A stretch of DNA of 64,000 bases, taken from the IMG/VR virus record IMGVR_UViG_3300035183_000096, positions 62,593 to 126,592 of that record; one strand, written 5' to 3'. Shown here in pieces: positions 31,275-39,313 of this stretch; the stretch's first letter is position 1; each line of letters starts with the position of its first letter. The position numbers and the translations under genes are program-made. The notes beneath the pieces were generated by a model. It was given only the letters and a program-made list of their open reading frames with translations. It ran no database searches and was not told where the DNA came from. The DNA is from a virus.

Positions 31275-32331
31275 TATTATTACACCTTTGAATATCATGA
31301 TTAACCATTTCATAAACAAGTTCATCAAAACTTATAGTAGTCTTCCAACCAAGTTTTTCGCGCGTATAGGTGCTATCACCTAATAAGTACGGCACTTCAA
31401 GTGGACGAATAAACTTAGGGTCTATTTCTACGATTTTAGCAAGAGAAAGGTTAGGAATATAATAAGATGAATGATTTGATAACCATCTTACGAAAACCGC
31501 ATATGCTTTTTCTAAGAACTCTTGTATTGTATGAGTTTCCATAGATGAAAATACAAAGTCTTCGGGCTTATCGAGTTGCATCATACGCCAAAAACCGTCA
31601 ACACAATCGCGGGCGTGCGACCAATCGCGTTTGGTTGTTAATGTACCCAAATGTAGTTTTGGATAGTTCATTTCGCCTGTAAGATTAAAGATAACTTTAT
31701 CGTTTATAATAGCAGCGGCTAACTCACCAAAGTATTTAGTTATCTTACGAGTAACAAAGTTTTCGCCGCGTCTTGGGCTTTCATGATTAAAGCATATGGC
31801 GGACGCCGCATATAAGCCAAAACTCTCTCTATAAACTTTAGTCATTTGGAAAGCCGCTGTTTTAGCAACAGCATAAGGACTACGAGGATTAAAAGGTGTT
31901 GTTATACGTTGGTGCCCATCATCATCACAGGCATCGCCGAACTGTTCGCTAGAACCAGCATAAAAGTAACGGGTATCAGGCTTAATGGTGCGAATTGCTT
32001 CAAGACAATTTAAGCACCCTACCGCGGTAGATTGAAAACACGATGAAGGTTCAGCCCAACTAATGTGAACGTGACTCATAGCGGCAAAATTGTATATTTC
32101 ATCCGGCTTAACTTCGCTTATGATTCGAGTAACAGAACCGGCGTCAGTTACATCGCCGCTATGTAAATGAATTTGATTTAATACTTTAGGCTCAAATCTG
32201 GTTGTATTTGGTACTGAGGTGCGTCTAGCCACACCATGTACGTCATATCCTTTAGCAAGAAGGAAATCAGTCATATATGAGCCATCTTGTCCTGTGATTC
32301 CGAATATCAACGCTTTCTTTTTATTCACCAT
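31267..32331 (-). CDS. gmd: GDP-mannose 4,6-dehydratase
   Basis: GITGQDGSY, PDEIYNFAAMSHV, SPYAVAK, FNHESPRRGENFVTRKIT and RDWSHA motifs. Confidence 0.95.
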   Translation of the reverse strand: MVNKKKALIFGITGQDGSYMTDFLLAKGYDVHGVARRTSVPNTTRFEPKVLNQIHLHSGDVTDAGSVTRIISEVKPDEIYNFAAMSHVHISWAEPSSCFQSTAVGCLNCLEAIRTIKPDTRYFYAGSSEQFGDACDDDGHQRITTPFNPRSPYAVAKTAAFQMTKVYRESFGLYAASAICFNHESPRRGENFVTRKITKYFGELAAAIINDKVIFNLTGEMNYPKLHLGTLTTKRDWSHARDCVDGFWRMMQLDKPEDFVFSSMETHTIQEFLEKAYAVFVRWLSNHSSYYIPNLSLAKIVEIDPKFIRPLEVPYLLGDSTYTREKLGWKTTISFDELVYEMVNHDIQRCNNNE

Positions 32332-33136
32332 CGCCCTCTTCTTCCTCTAACATTTGAATGGTTTTAGAACATAATATGGGCTGGTCAACAAGCCCATCCA
32401 TGTATTTATGAGGCTTAGCCAGCCTTTTTAATTCTCTCTCGCCAGCCATCCTCATTAGTTCCATCTCTTCGCCCTCGTGTTTTCTGAAGGATTCATTATC
32501 AAACGCCCTTAATAACTCAACGACTTCCTTCTTTGCGCCTTCTTCATTCTTGCGAATCTGGTCCCTAGTGCCCTTAATATCCCTAATTTGCTTCTGCCAC
32601 TTATCCATATAATCATTAACGTTGGCAACGACCCTAGTTAATGCGGCGCGAGTATTAGTTATAAGCTCGTGTAACTTAGCTATTCTGGGCTTCTTAACCT
32701 TTTCTTCATCCAGGCTATCATCATTACGAACCTCTTCTATTTCAAGTTGCCAGGCAATTATGCTATCTTCCATTTGCTTACGCTGAATGAGTGTTTTACT
32801 GATTAACAATTCATAAGTTACGGCCAATACTATTTGACTACGTTCACTTGGCTTAATATCATTCTTGAACTGTAACGTAAGCTCTACATACTTATGTTCA
32901 AAAATAGCCATTTCGTCTTCAGCGAATTGTCTTTTGATTTGATTGTATTCTGGCCTATTTCTGAAGTCAGCAATAATCTCTTGAGCCTCTTCATAATTCT
33001 CCTCCTCTTTCATTACACTTATGATAAAGTCTTCGGTGCGGTCTAACATTATAGCTATTTCTGCTGGCGTCTTCTTTCTTGCGTTATCTCTTATTGTTTT
33101 AATTTCCGTAGCACTTGGTCTTCCACGTTTAGGCAT
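32321..33136 (-). CDS. Putative terminase small subunit
   Basis: N-terminal HTH-like segment and coiled coil, upstream of terL in the same operon. Confidence 0.4.
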   Translation of the reverse strand: MPKRGRPSATEIKTIRDNARKKTPAEIAIMLDRTEDFIISVMKEEENYEEAQEIIADFRNRPEYNQIKRQFAEDEMAIFEHKYVELTLQFKNDIKPSERSQIVLAVTYELLISKTLIQRKQMEDSIIAWQLEIEEVRNDDSLDEEKVKKPRIAKLHELITNTRAALTRVVANVNDYMDKWQKQIRDIKGTRDQIRKNEEGAKKEVVELLRAFDNESFRKHEGEEMELMRMAGERELKRLAKPHKYMDGLVDQPILCSKTIQMLEEEEGDGE

Positions 33137-33734
33137 TCTTCCTCACCTCAAATATCGTTGCTATATACCTTTGTAACTTCTCCCTCTCAGTTTTCCGTAA
33201 CTTTCCACCGCCCTTAGCCTTTTCCCAAAAAACTTGAAGAGTTTTAGGTAGATTACGCTCAATTATCGCTATGATTTCACGGAGTTCCACGTCCTTAACC
33301 ACAGAAGATTTTTTGGAGATTTGACTATCGAAAATGAGACTTATATCAACTGGATAGAGTAAACCTTGTTTGTTAGCATTACGTCTAGTCCAATTAGCAA
33401 ATTTAATACAAGACATTCTATCCTCAAATGCTGCACATTTGTTTCGAGACTTATCATAGAATGGGCAGCCTACGCACGGCGGCTCACTACGCTTATATTT
33501 ATTACGTTTTAGATTTATAAGACGACTTAAGACAACTGTATATAGAAAGTTCTCTAGCGGCCTCTTATTATCATACCTCTCTTCGGACAACGCTTTTATT
33601 GCTTCATAGCGCGCTTCTTGCTTCATATCCTCTACGTCATAATAACCGAACTTAAACTTAGGAGCTAATATAGCCACTACCTTCTCTATGGCCGCCAACA
33701 CCTGTTGTTCGGTCATTCCTGGTGGAATTACCAT
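33129..33734 (-). CDS. Phage sigma-factor-like protein with a Cys cluster
   Basis: Region-2-like EDMKQEARYEAIKAL...YD...LENFLY motif and a CxxC...C...C insert. Confidence 0.7.
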   Translation of the reverse strand: MVIPPGMTEQQVLAAIEKVVAILAPKFKFGYYDVEDMKQEARYEAIKALSEERYDNKRPLENFLYTVVLSRLINLKRNKYKRSEPPCVGCPFYDKSRNKCAAFEDRMSCIKFANWTRRNANKQGLLYPVDISLIFDSQISKKSSVVKDVELREIIAIIERNLPKTLQVFWEKAKGGGKLRKTEREKLQRYIATIFEVRKNA

Positions 33735-33911
33735 TGAGTGGTTTTGCCTCCGCTATTAATTTGTTAAAGGTTTCACTACTATCCTTCGTTTCCAAATCTT
33801 CCGCTTTGCTTTTTTCTATCATTCTCATATATAATACGGTTGGAACGGGGATTACGTTCATAACATCATCCTCTTTGGTTTAATGCAACTTATATCAATA
33901 TAATAATACAC

Positions 33912-34139
33912 ATGAAGCATAGATATAGTCAGCAAGAAAAAGAATGGTTGATTAGGGAGAGCGGTAATTACAAAGATAGAGAACTGCTCATACGGTTTAA
34001 TAAAGTGTTCCAAACAAATGTAGGTTTATATAGCTTAAGACAACAACGACGTAAGCTAGGTTTACAGAAAGTGGGAGGACGAGGAAAATGTATGCTAAAA
34101 GCGAAAACGCCAAATCTTATGTCATTGTTTATGGCGTAG
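33912..34139 (+). CDS. Small basic putative DNA-binding protein
   Basis: YSxxEKEWL...R..RRKLGL, HTH/Myb-like pattern. Confidence 0.5.
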   Translation: MKHRYSQQEKEWLIRESGNYKDRELLIRFNKVFQTNVGLYSLRQQRRKLGLQKVGGRGKCMLKAKTPNLMSLFMA

Positions 34140-34617
34140 GTTGTGATATGACTGTGATTCCTGTAACTACTCTGCCTATGTTTTGGGATAATGTATGGCT
34201 CTATGATAATCAAACTAATAAATTCTTGAACGGTTCTATTCAGACAGATTTAGTTAGTCATAATTTTAGGTTTACCGAAAAAGGGCAACCATAGGGATTG
34301 TTTAGGTGGGACATCTGTGATTTTTGGTGACTTGTTGTGAATGTACCCCCACGTTGCAAAACAACCTGGTAAGAACATGAGGAAAACAACAAATAAATCG
34401 TACCCCCCCTGCCGTGCATAGTAATAGGTGTAAGGGGGGGTAAAGGAAAAATAAAAAAAAGAATCCTTTGCCCATTCGTGGTAATCTAATACAGGAAGGG
34501 GGCGGTTATGCTCCAACAACTTATCGGCGTGCTTTTCAGTCCAGCCGGCTTCGTGGCCGGCACAGTTTTCCTGACAGCACTTCTTTCTATGAGGTGCTGG
34601 AAATAGGGGGTCTTCAC

Positions 34618-34794
34618 ATGGCTAAACGCAATCCGAGTGACTTCGAGGGTCTTCACGAAGACTTCGAGGACGAAGCACTACCGATTGAGTGCTTCGAGAT
34701 TGAGGAAGAGGAATTCGACCGCTTCCGCTACGACGGGTACGATGTCCCAATGCCAGAGTATGATGCATATTGGGACACTGACTACCCATGGTAG
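34618..34794 (+). CDS. Small acidic early protein
   Basis: ATG after a GGGGG SD; 58 aa, very D/E-rich; the stop codon overlaps the truncated ribozyme copy. Confidence 0.55.
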   Translation: MAKRNPSDFEGLHEDFEDEALPIECFEIEEEEFDRFRYDGYDVPMPEYDAYWDTDYPW

Positions 34795-34824
34795 CAGAGG
34801 GAGCACGGGGCGTATGCCCCGTGC
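34794..34824 (+). repeat. Truncated twister ribozyme copy (GCA-GAGGG plus P1 hairpin only)
   Basis: GCAGAGGG-AGCACGGGG-CGTATG-CCCCGTGC matches the 5' half of the copies at 35271 and 36336 but lacks UAA, P3 and P4. Confidence 0.75.
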
Positions 34825-34855
34825 CGCGAGCTAGTGGCCGCTTTGGCGTAACACA

Positions 34856-34893
34856 GGGAGGTGGGGCATATCATTATACCCCGCCCCTTTTTT
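34856..34893 (+). terminator. Intrinsic terminator (repeat copy 1)
   Basis: GGGAGGTGGGGCATA-TCAT-TATACCCCGCCCC-TTTTTT. Confidence 0.6.
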
Positions 34894-35002
34894 ATTGTCG
34901 CCTGACCAGGCGGCGAAAAAAAAGAAAAAAAACTGAATCCTATAGTAATTTCCAGCATCTATATATATGTATGAGGCAACCGGTAGGCAGAAAGGAGCAT
35001 CT

Positions 35003-35263
35003 ATGGCTAGAGTAAAGGTAGAGGACCGGCGGCTTGACCGCCGGCTACTCAGCGTCGATAACCTACGCCCCGGCGAATCTATGGTTGCCGAACTTTCCAC
35101 CATTGGTGACCTTGACGGGCAGGTCGGGGTCGTAATGCGGACGGCGTTTAACCCTCCGGAACTGCACTTCTTGACTGAAGAAGGCCAGTTCGTAAAACTC
35201 GGTGTTGACACCGAGTTCTACAAATCATATTGCTGCGTAACCGTACAAAACGTGTGGTATTAA
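35003..35263 (+). CDS. Hypothetical protein, paralog family member 1
   Basis: AAGGAG SD; shares V(K/T)(V/I)...L.(P/A)G(E/S)SMV...G..G..M...FY with the ORFs at 35798 and 36077. Confidence 0.75.
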   Translation: MARVKVEDRRLDRRLLSVDNLRPGESMVAELSTIGDLDGQVGVVMRTAFNPPELHFLTEEGQFVKLGVDTEFYKSYCCVTVQNVWY

Positions 35264-35270
35264 CCACATG

Positions 35271-35347
35271 GCAGAGGGGGCACGGGGAGCACGCCCCGTG
35301 CTTAATGCGGGCACCCTTACGGTGAGGGTGCACGGTCCCAACTCCGC
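35271..35347 (+). ncRNA. Twister self-cleaving ribozyme (P5-type permutation), copy A
   Basis: GCA-GAGGG-[GGCACGGGG/CCCCGTGCT]-TAA-TGC-GG-[P3 GCACCCTTA/TGAGGGTGC]-ACGG-TCCC-AA-CT-CCG. Conserved twister elements are present; predicted cleavage between 35303 and 35304. Confidence 0.85.
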
Positions 35348-35362
35348 TCCAAGGGGAAAATC

Positions 35363-35704
35363 GTGGTCACTCTGACAGCAGAGGCCGATTACGGCCTCAG
35401 CGGCCAGTACATCGCCCAGATTACTGGCCGGGACAAGAAGTATGTTTTTAGTCGGGAATTCGTAGGCCGCAAATGCGGCCGCCGTAATGAAACAACAGAA
35501 GCCCGCGTCGATGACGCTGGGCTTTACGAAGTCTGTAATGCCACAAGACACGGCAAGAACAGCCGTTTTGTGGTATTAGCCGAAGTGGGTGGCGAACTCC
35601 GGGTAATTAAGATTACCCGGGAACAAGCCATGAAAATTGCAAAGGCCCTGGATGACGGCCAGGATTTTGCGGACTTAGTCCGCGACCTGGCCACCGCACC
35701 TTGA
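35363..35704 (+). CDS. Hypothetical protein
   Basis: GTG start after an AAGGGG SD, immediately 3' of twister A. Confidence 0.7.
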   Translation: MVTLTAEADYGLSGQYIAQITGRDKKYVFSREFVGRKCGRRNETTEARVDDAGLYEVCNATRHGKNSRFVVLAEVGGELRVIKITREQAMKIAKALDDGQDFADLVRDLATAP

Positions 35705-35714
35705 CAAAGAGGTA

Positions 35715-35748
35715 GGGGGCGGATATATTATTATACCCGCCCCTTTTT
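35715..35748 (+). terminator. Intrinsic terminator (repeat copy 2)
   Basis: GGGGGCGGATATA-TTAT-TATACCCGCCCC-TTTTT. Confidence 0.7.
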
Positions 35749-35797
35749 ATGGGGTCAGTAGGAAACCAGTCCTGTTCCACCCGAAAGGAGGAAACTG

Positions 35798-36073
35798 ATG
35801 GTGTTCGTAAAAGTTGAAGATTCGGAACGTCGCGAGCGAAGCCGGCTGCTTTACTCGGAAGACCTACAGGCCGGTTCGTCTATGGTGGTAGGAATATCAT
35901 CCTATTCCAGGGGCCTCAATGGGGTTACTGGGATATTGATGAAGCCGATTATTGACTCAGGCAAACTATACTTCTTCCACTCGGAAGAAGGCCGGATTTG
36001 GGAATTAGGTGGGGATGTATTGTTTTACCCATCTACTTCAACAATTAGTGTAAAAAATGCAAAAGGAGGATAA
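35798..36073 (+). CDS. Hypothetical protein, paralog family member 2
   Basis: AAGGAGG SD; similar to the 35003 and 36077 ORFs. Confidence 0.75.
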   Translation: MVFVKVEDSERRERSRLLYSEDLQAGSSMVVGISSYSRGLNGVTGILMKPIIDSGKLYFFHSEEGRIWELGGDVLFYPSTSTISVKNAKGG

Positions 36074-36076
36074 TAA

Positions 36077-36334
36077 ATGGCAAAAGTGACAATTGATAAC
36101 CAGCAAAAGAGGCAAATATTTACTGTGCATGACCTTAAACCGGGCGAATCCATGGTTGTCGAACTTCGTACCGTAGATGATGCCGACGGAAGAACAGGCA
36201 TCATCATGAAGACGCCGTTTTGCCCAACCAGTCTTTTTTTTCTGACTGCGGAAGGGGAATTCCATCATTTGTCCAATGATACAGTCTTTTATAAATCAAA
36301 AAATAAGGTAATAGTGGAAAATGCTCCAGAATGA
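36077..36334 (+). CDS. Hypothetical protein, paralog family member 3
   Basis: AAGGAGG SD; DLKPGESMVVEL versus NLRPGESMVAEL in the 35003 ORF. Confidence 0.75.
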   Translation: MAKVTIDNQQKRQIFTVHDLKPGESMVVELRTVDDADGRTGIIMKTPFCPTSLFFLTAEGEFHHLSNDTVFYKSKNKVIVENAPE

Positions 36335-36335
36335 C

Positions 36336-36412
36336 GCAGAGGGGGCACGGGGAACACGCCCCGTGCTTAATGCAGACGCCCTTATCGTAAGGGCGTGCGG
36401 TCCCAACTCCGT
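36336..36412 (+). ncRNA. Twister self-cleaving ribozyme (P5-type permutation), copy B
   Basis: GCA-GAGGG-[GGCACGGGG/CCCCGTGCT]-TAA-TGC-AG-[P3 ACGCCCTTA/TAAGGGCGT]-GCGG-TCCC-AA-CT-CCG. Compensatory changes relative to copy A; predicted cleavage between 36368 and 36369. Confidence 0.85.
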
Positions 36413-36428
36413 TATAAAGGGGTGAAAG

Positions 36429-37178
36429 ATGTTAAGCTTCACCAAGGGGAACAAAAAACTTCGCGTCCACAATGGCCTGTGGACATTCAGCTTACCCGCG
36501 GGGCATAGCTGTCCCGGTGCCTTAGACTGCCTGTCTAAGGCTGACCCTGAAACTGGTAAAGTGCGGGACGGGCGTAGCACCAAGTTCCGGTGCTACGCCA
36601 CCAGTGAGGAAGCATTTAAGCCCAGCGTCAGAGTGTCACGCTGGAACAATTTTAAGCAAGTGAAAAGGATGCTATCACAAAAAGACGGCGTCCATAAACT
36701 TGCCGACTTAATCAATGCCAGCCTTCCGAAGAAGGCAAGAATTATCCGGATTCACGCATCCGGAGACTTTTTTAACTATGAATACATGAAAGCTTGGCAC
36801 ATTGTTGCCGAACGTAACCCGGACATTTTATTCTATGGCTACACGAAATCCTTAGACTTTTGGGTTCGTTTAGAAAGGGAATATGCCGGATTGGCACATA
36901 ATTTTGTGCTCACCGCCAGCGTTGGCGGGAGGCATGATTGGATGATTGAGGCACGACGACTGCAAAAAGCAGTTGTGGTGTTCAGTGAGGAAGAGGCCCA
37001 AAGCCTCGGACTCCCTATCGACCACGACGACACGCACGCTATGCGTCGGCAGGGCGATTTTGCCCTGTTGATTCACGGGGTTCAGCCAGCCGGTACCCCG
37101 GCGGCAAAGGCCCTGGCTAAACTCAAAAGCCAGGGGTATAATAAAAATCGTCGGCTCGCTCTACCAATGGTAGGGTAA
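36429..37178 (+). CDS. Phage gp88-like protein
   Basis: GNKKL...FSLPAGHSCPGA..C...CYA and RIHASGDF...YGYTKS motifs. Confidence 0.7.
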   Translation: MLSFTKGNKKLRVHNGLWTFSLPAGHSCPGALDCLSKADPETGKVRDGRSTKFRCYATSEEAFKPSVRVSRWNNFKQVKRMLSQKDGVHKLADLINASLPKKARIIRIHASGDFFNYEYMKAWHIVAERNPDILFYGYTKSLDFWVRLEREYAGLAHNFVLTASVGGRHDWMIEARRLQKAVVVFSEEEAQSLGLPIDHDDTHAMRRQGDFALLIHGVQPAGTPAAKALAKLKSQGYNKNRRLALPMVG

Positions 37179-37240
37179 GCACTTAACCGAGGGGTGGTGA
37201 GTGACCGCCCCTGTCTTACCACTTTTCGGGAGAAATCGAC

Positions 37241-37465
37241 ATGTTGCCAACCAACGAACACTTCGCAGTGCGAGTTGATGAGGAGTACGCCGCCGAGTGC
37301 TGGTGGAACGCTCTCCGGGAGCGTTACCCCAGCTTCGCCCGGCTTCTGGAACGAGACGGTTTTTCCGTAATTACCGTTCCGTTCTGGGAAAAAATCACAT
37401 CGTTGCCGGGTTTCTCCGGTGGTCCAAAATATGCACCTACCGCCCTGATTAGCGAAGGAGAATAA
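37241..37465 (+). CDS. Hypothetical protein
   Basis: GGAG SD, 74 aa. Confidence 0.6.
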   Translation: MLPTNEHFAVRVDEEYAAECWWNALRERYPSFARLLERDGFSVITVPFWEKITSLPGFSGGPKYAPTALISEGE

Positions 37466-37467
37466 CT

Positions 37468-37779
37468 ATGACAAAATCCGTCCGCACGTCCTATAAAGAC
37501 GTGTACCGGGCTTTCCGGCCAATCGCGATTGCTTTGAGGCTGGAATATGTGGAAGGCACCCCAGATTTCGACAAGGTTGGCACCGTCTATATGGGGTGGA
37601 CAAAGGGCGGGTTTTACCGCCCGATGGAAGTAACAAAAGACGGCGGAAGCCGCCCTGTACTGAAAGGAGTCCCTCCGCTCAAGGCCGCTGATGCGGTTCT
37701 TTTATTCAATGGCATTTCCGCTGTCTTACCTCAACTGAGCAAGCACGGGCGACGCCGTGCGGATTATAAGGCCGGTTGA
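37468..37779 (+). CDS. Hypothetical protein
   Basis: AAGGAG SD, 103 aa. Confidence 0.6.
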   Translation: MTKSVRTSYKDVYRAFRPIAIALRLEYVEGTPDFDKVGTVYMGWTKGGFYRPMEVTKDGGSRPVLKGVPPLKAADAVLLFNGISAVLPQLSKHGRRRADYKAG

Positions 37780-37901
37780 TAATTCAACCGGCGTCAGAAA
37801 GGAACCCTATGCACAGGGACGAATGGATTACTAACCTCTTTCTTGTCGTTTGCCTGCTATCCTTCACGGCAGGCTTCTTTCGGAAAAAAGGTAGGTAGCC
37901 C

Positions 37902-37930
37902 TTGACAAGCTTGGCCTAATAGGCTACACT
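37902..37930 (+). promoter_or_regulatory. Sigma70-type promoter
   Basis: TTGACA-N17-TACACT upstream of 37977. Confidence 0.7.
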
Positions 37931-37976
37931 ACTAGAGTAGGTAACACACACAACCAACTTTTCGGGAGACATACAC

Positions 37977-39176
37977 ATGTCCGAAACGCTCCAACCTATC
38001 ATCGGCTCCGGTAACAGCGGAGAATTCGTCCTCAAGAGCCAAAAGTTGGCAACGAACGAAGGCTTCGCCCATGTGAGTAAAACTTGGTATGATGTGGGCA
38101 CCATGTCATACCAAGAGGGAAAAGAGCTGCTGGCCAACAGCCGTAGCCAAACGGAAGACTTTATGGCCACGCTAAGCGAAATGCGACCCGCCGTAACTAC
38201 CAACGGCAAGTTCTGCTTCCGCTATAAGGACGGTCGCGAATTTGTGCCCACAGAACACTGCCTTAACCAGGCAAGCATTTGGGCACGGTGCGGCTGCTGG
38301 CTGCCGCAACAGTTGGCCTATAACGATGAACGGGTCAACGACACGCAGGACGCGGAAACCTTGGTTAAGATTATGTCCAATGGTTTCAGGTTCGTCAATC
38401 CTGACAAGAAATTCCTATTCCGCACTCGCACAGACGGCACCCTACGTGCCATGATGAGTGACAAGTATGCTATTCTCAACAATGAATGGTTGCTTGATTC
38501 CATCGCCCGGATTATCCCCGGCGGTCGCCTCAGTCATTGGAACAGGTGTGATGGGGTCGATACCATCTGGGGAAATGTGTTGATTCCCGATAGCCTCCGT
38601 GCAGAAGATGATTCCGATTACGGCGGGGGTGTTAGTATTGGGAATTCCGAAATTGGCGTCCGACAATTAAGCAGTTGCCCTTGGCTCTTCCGGGCAATCT
38701 GTAAGAACGGTTGCGTATGGGGCAAAATTAGCGGGAAGGCTTACTACCGTGTACATAGAGGCAGGTCTATTGACCTTAACCTTGAGTTTCAAAAACTCAA
38801 GGACAACATCACCTTACAAATTCCGCTAATTCCCGAACACCTGGAAGGATTGAAGCGGCTGAATGCCTACACCTGGGCATCTGACTCCGAAAGGCCCCTG
38901 TTCGCTCAGGTTGCTAAGATTGTTCATCTTAGCAAAAAGGAGGCAACCAAACTGCTGTCCGCCTACGCGACAGAGCCTCGAAAGAGTGCCTTCGGGCTTG
39001 TCCAGGCCATCACAAGGGCGGGTCAAGAAATGCCTCAAACCAAGTGGTTTGAGTTAGACAGCTTCGCCGGACGCTTGATTCAGTCTGCCGATAAGCTGTG
39101 GGATGAAATTATAAGAAAGGCCAACTCCCTAACGGCCCATGAAGTGGATGAGGTATTCAGCCTAATTGCCGCTTAA
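37977..39176 (+). CDS. DUF932-like phage protein
   Basis: LRAMMSDKYA..N and GVSIGNSEIG...LFRAICKNG motifs; C-terminal IAA. Confidence 0.7.
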   Translation: MSETLQPIIGSGNSGEFVLKSQKLATNEGFAHVSKTWYDVGTMSYQEGKELLANSRSQTEDFMATLSEMRPAVTTNGKFCFRYKDGREFVPTEHCLNQASIWARCGCWLPQQLAYNDERVNDTQDAETLVKIMSNGFRFVNPDKKFLFRTRTDGTLRAMMSDKYAILNNEWLLDSIARIIPGGRLSHWNRCDGVDTIWGNVLIPDSLRAEDDSDYGGGVSIGNSEIGVRQLSSCPWLFRAICKNGCVWGKISGKAYYRVHRGRSIDLNLEFQKLKDNITLQIPLIPEHLEGLKRLNAYTWASDSERPLFAQVAKIVHLSKKEATKLLSAYATEPRKSAFGLVQAITRAGQEMPQTKWFELDSFAGRLIQSADKLWDEIIRKANSLTAHEVDEVFSLIAA

Positions 39177-39313
39177 CCAAATACCGCTGGCATACCGGTC
39201 ACAATAGTATGCCTTTCATTTGTCCTATCTCTTCCATCCGGCTCGCCCCATGAGATGGGGCTATTATCAAAACGTGTACAGCCGGGCCGATTCTTAATGT
39301 AGGATGACCCAGA

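Noticed and set aside
34535-34605. Possible hammerhead ribozyme (CTGA...stem...GAAA with a neighbouring GCCGGC hairpin)
   Set aside because: The core lacks CUGANGA spacing and there is no stem III pairing to a cleavage triplet; treated as ordinary leader hairpins
34790-36412. CRISPR array or IS ends as the explanation for the repeats
   Set aside because: Only 2.5 copies, separated by whole genes, with no cas or transposase gene; the fold fits twister
39180-39300. HDV-like/theta ribozyme in intergenic hairpins or tRNA trailers
   Set aside because: Hairpins are present, but I could not build a nested double pseudoknot or find the catalytic C motif
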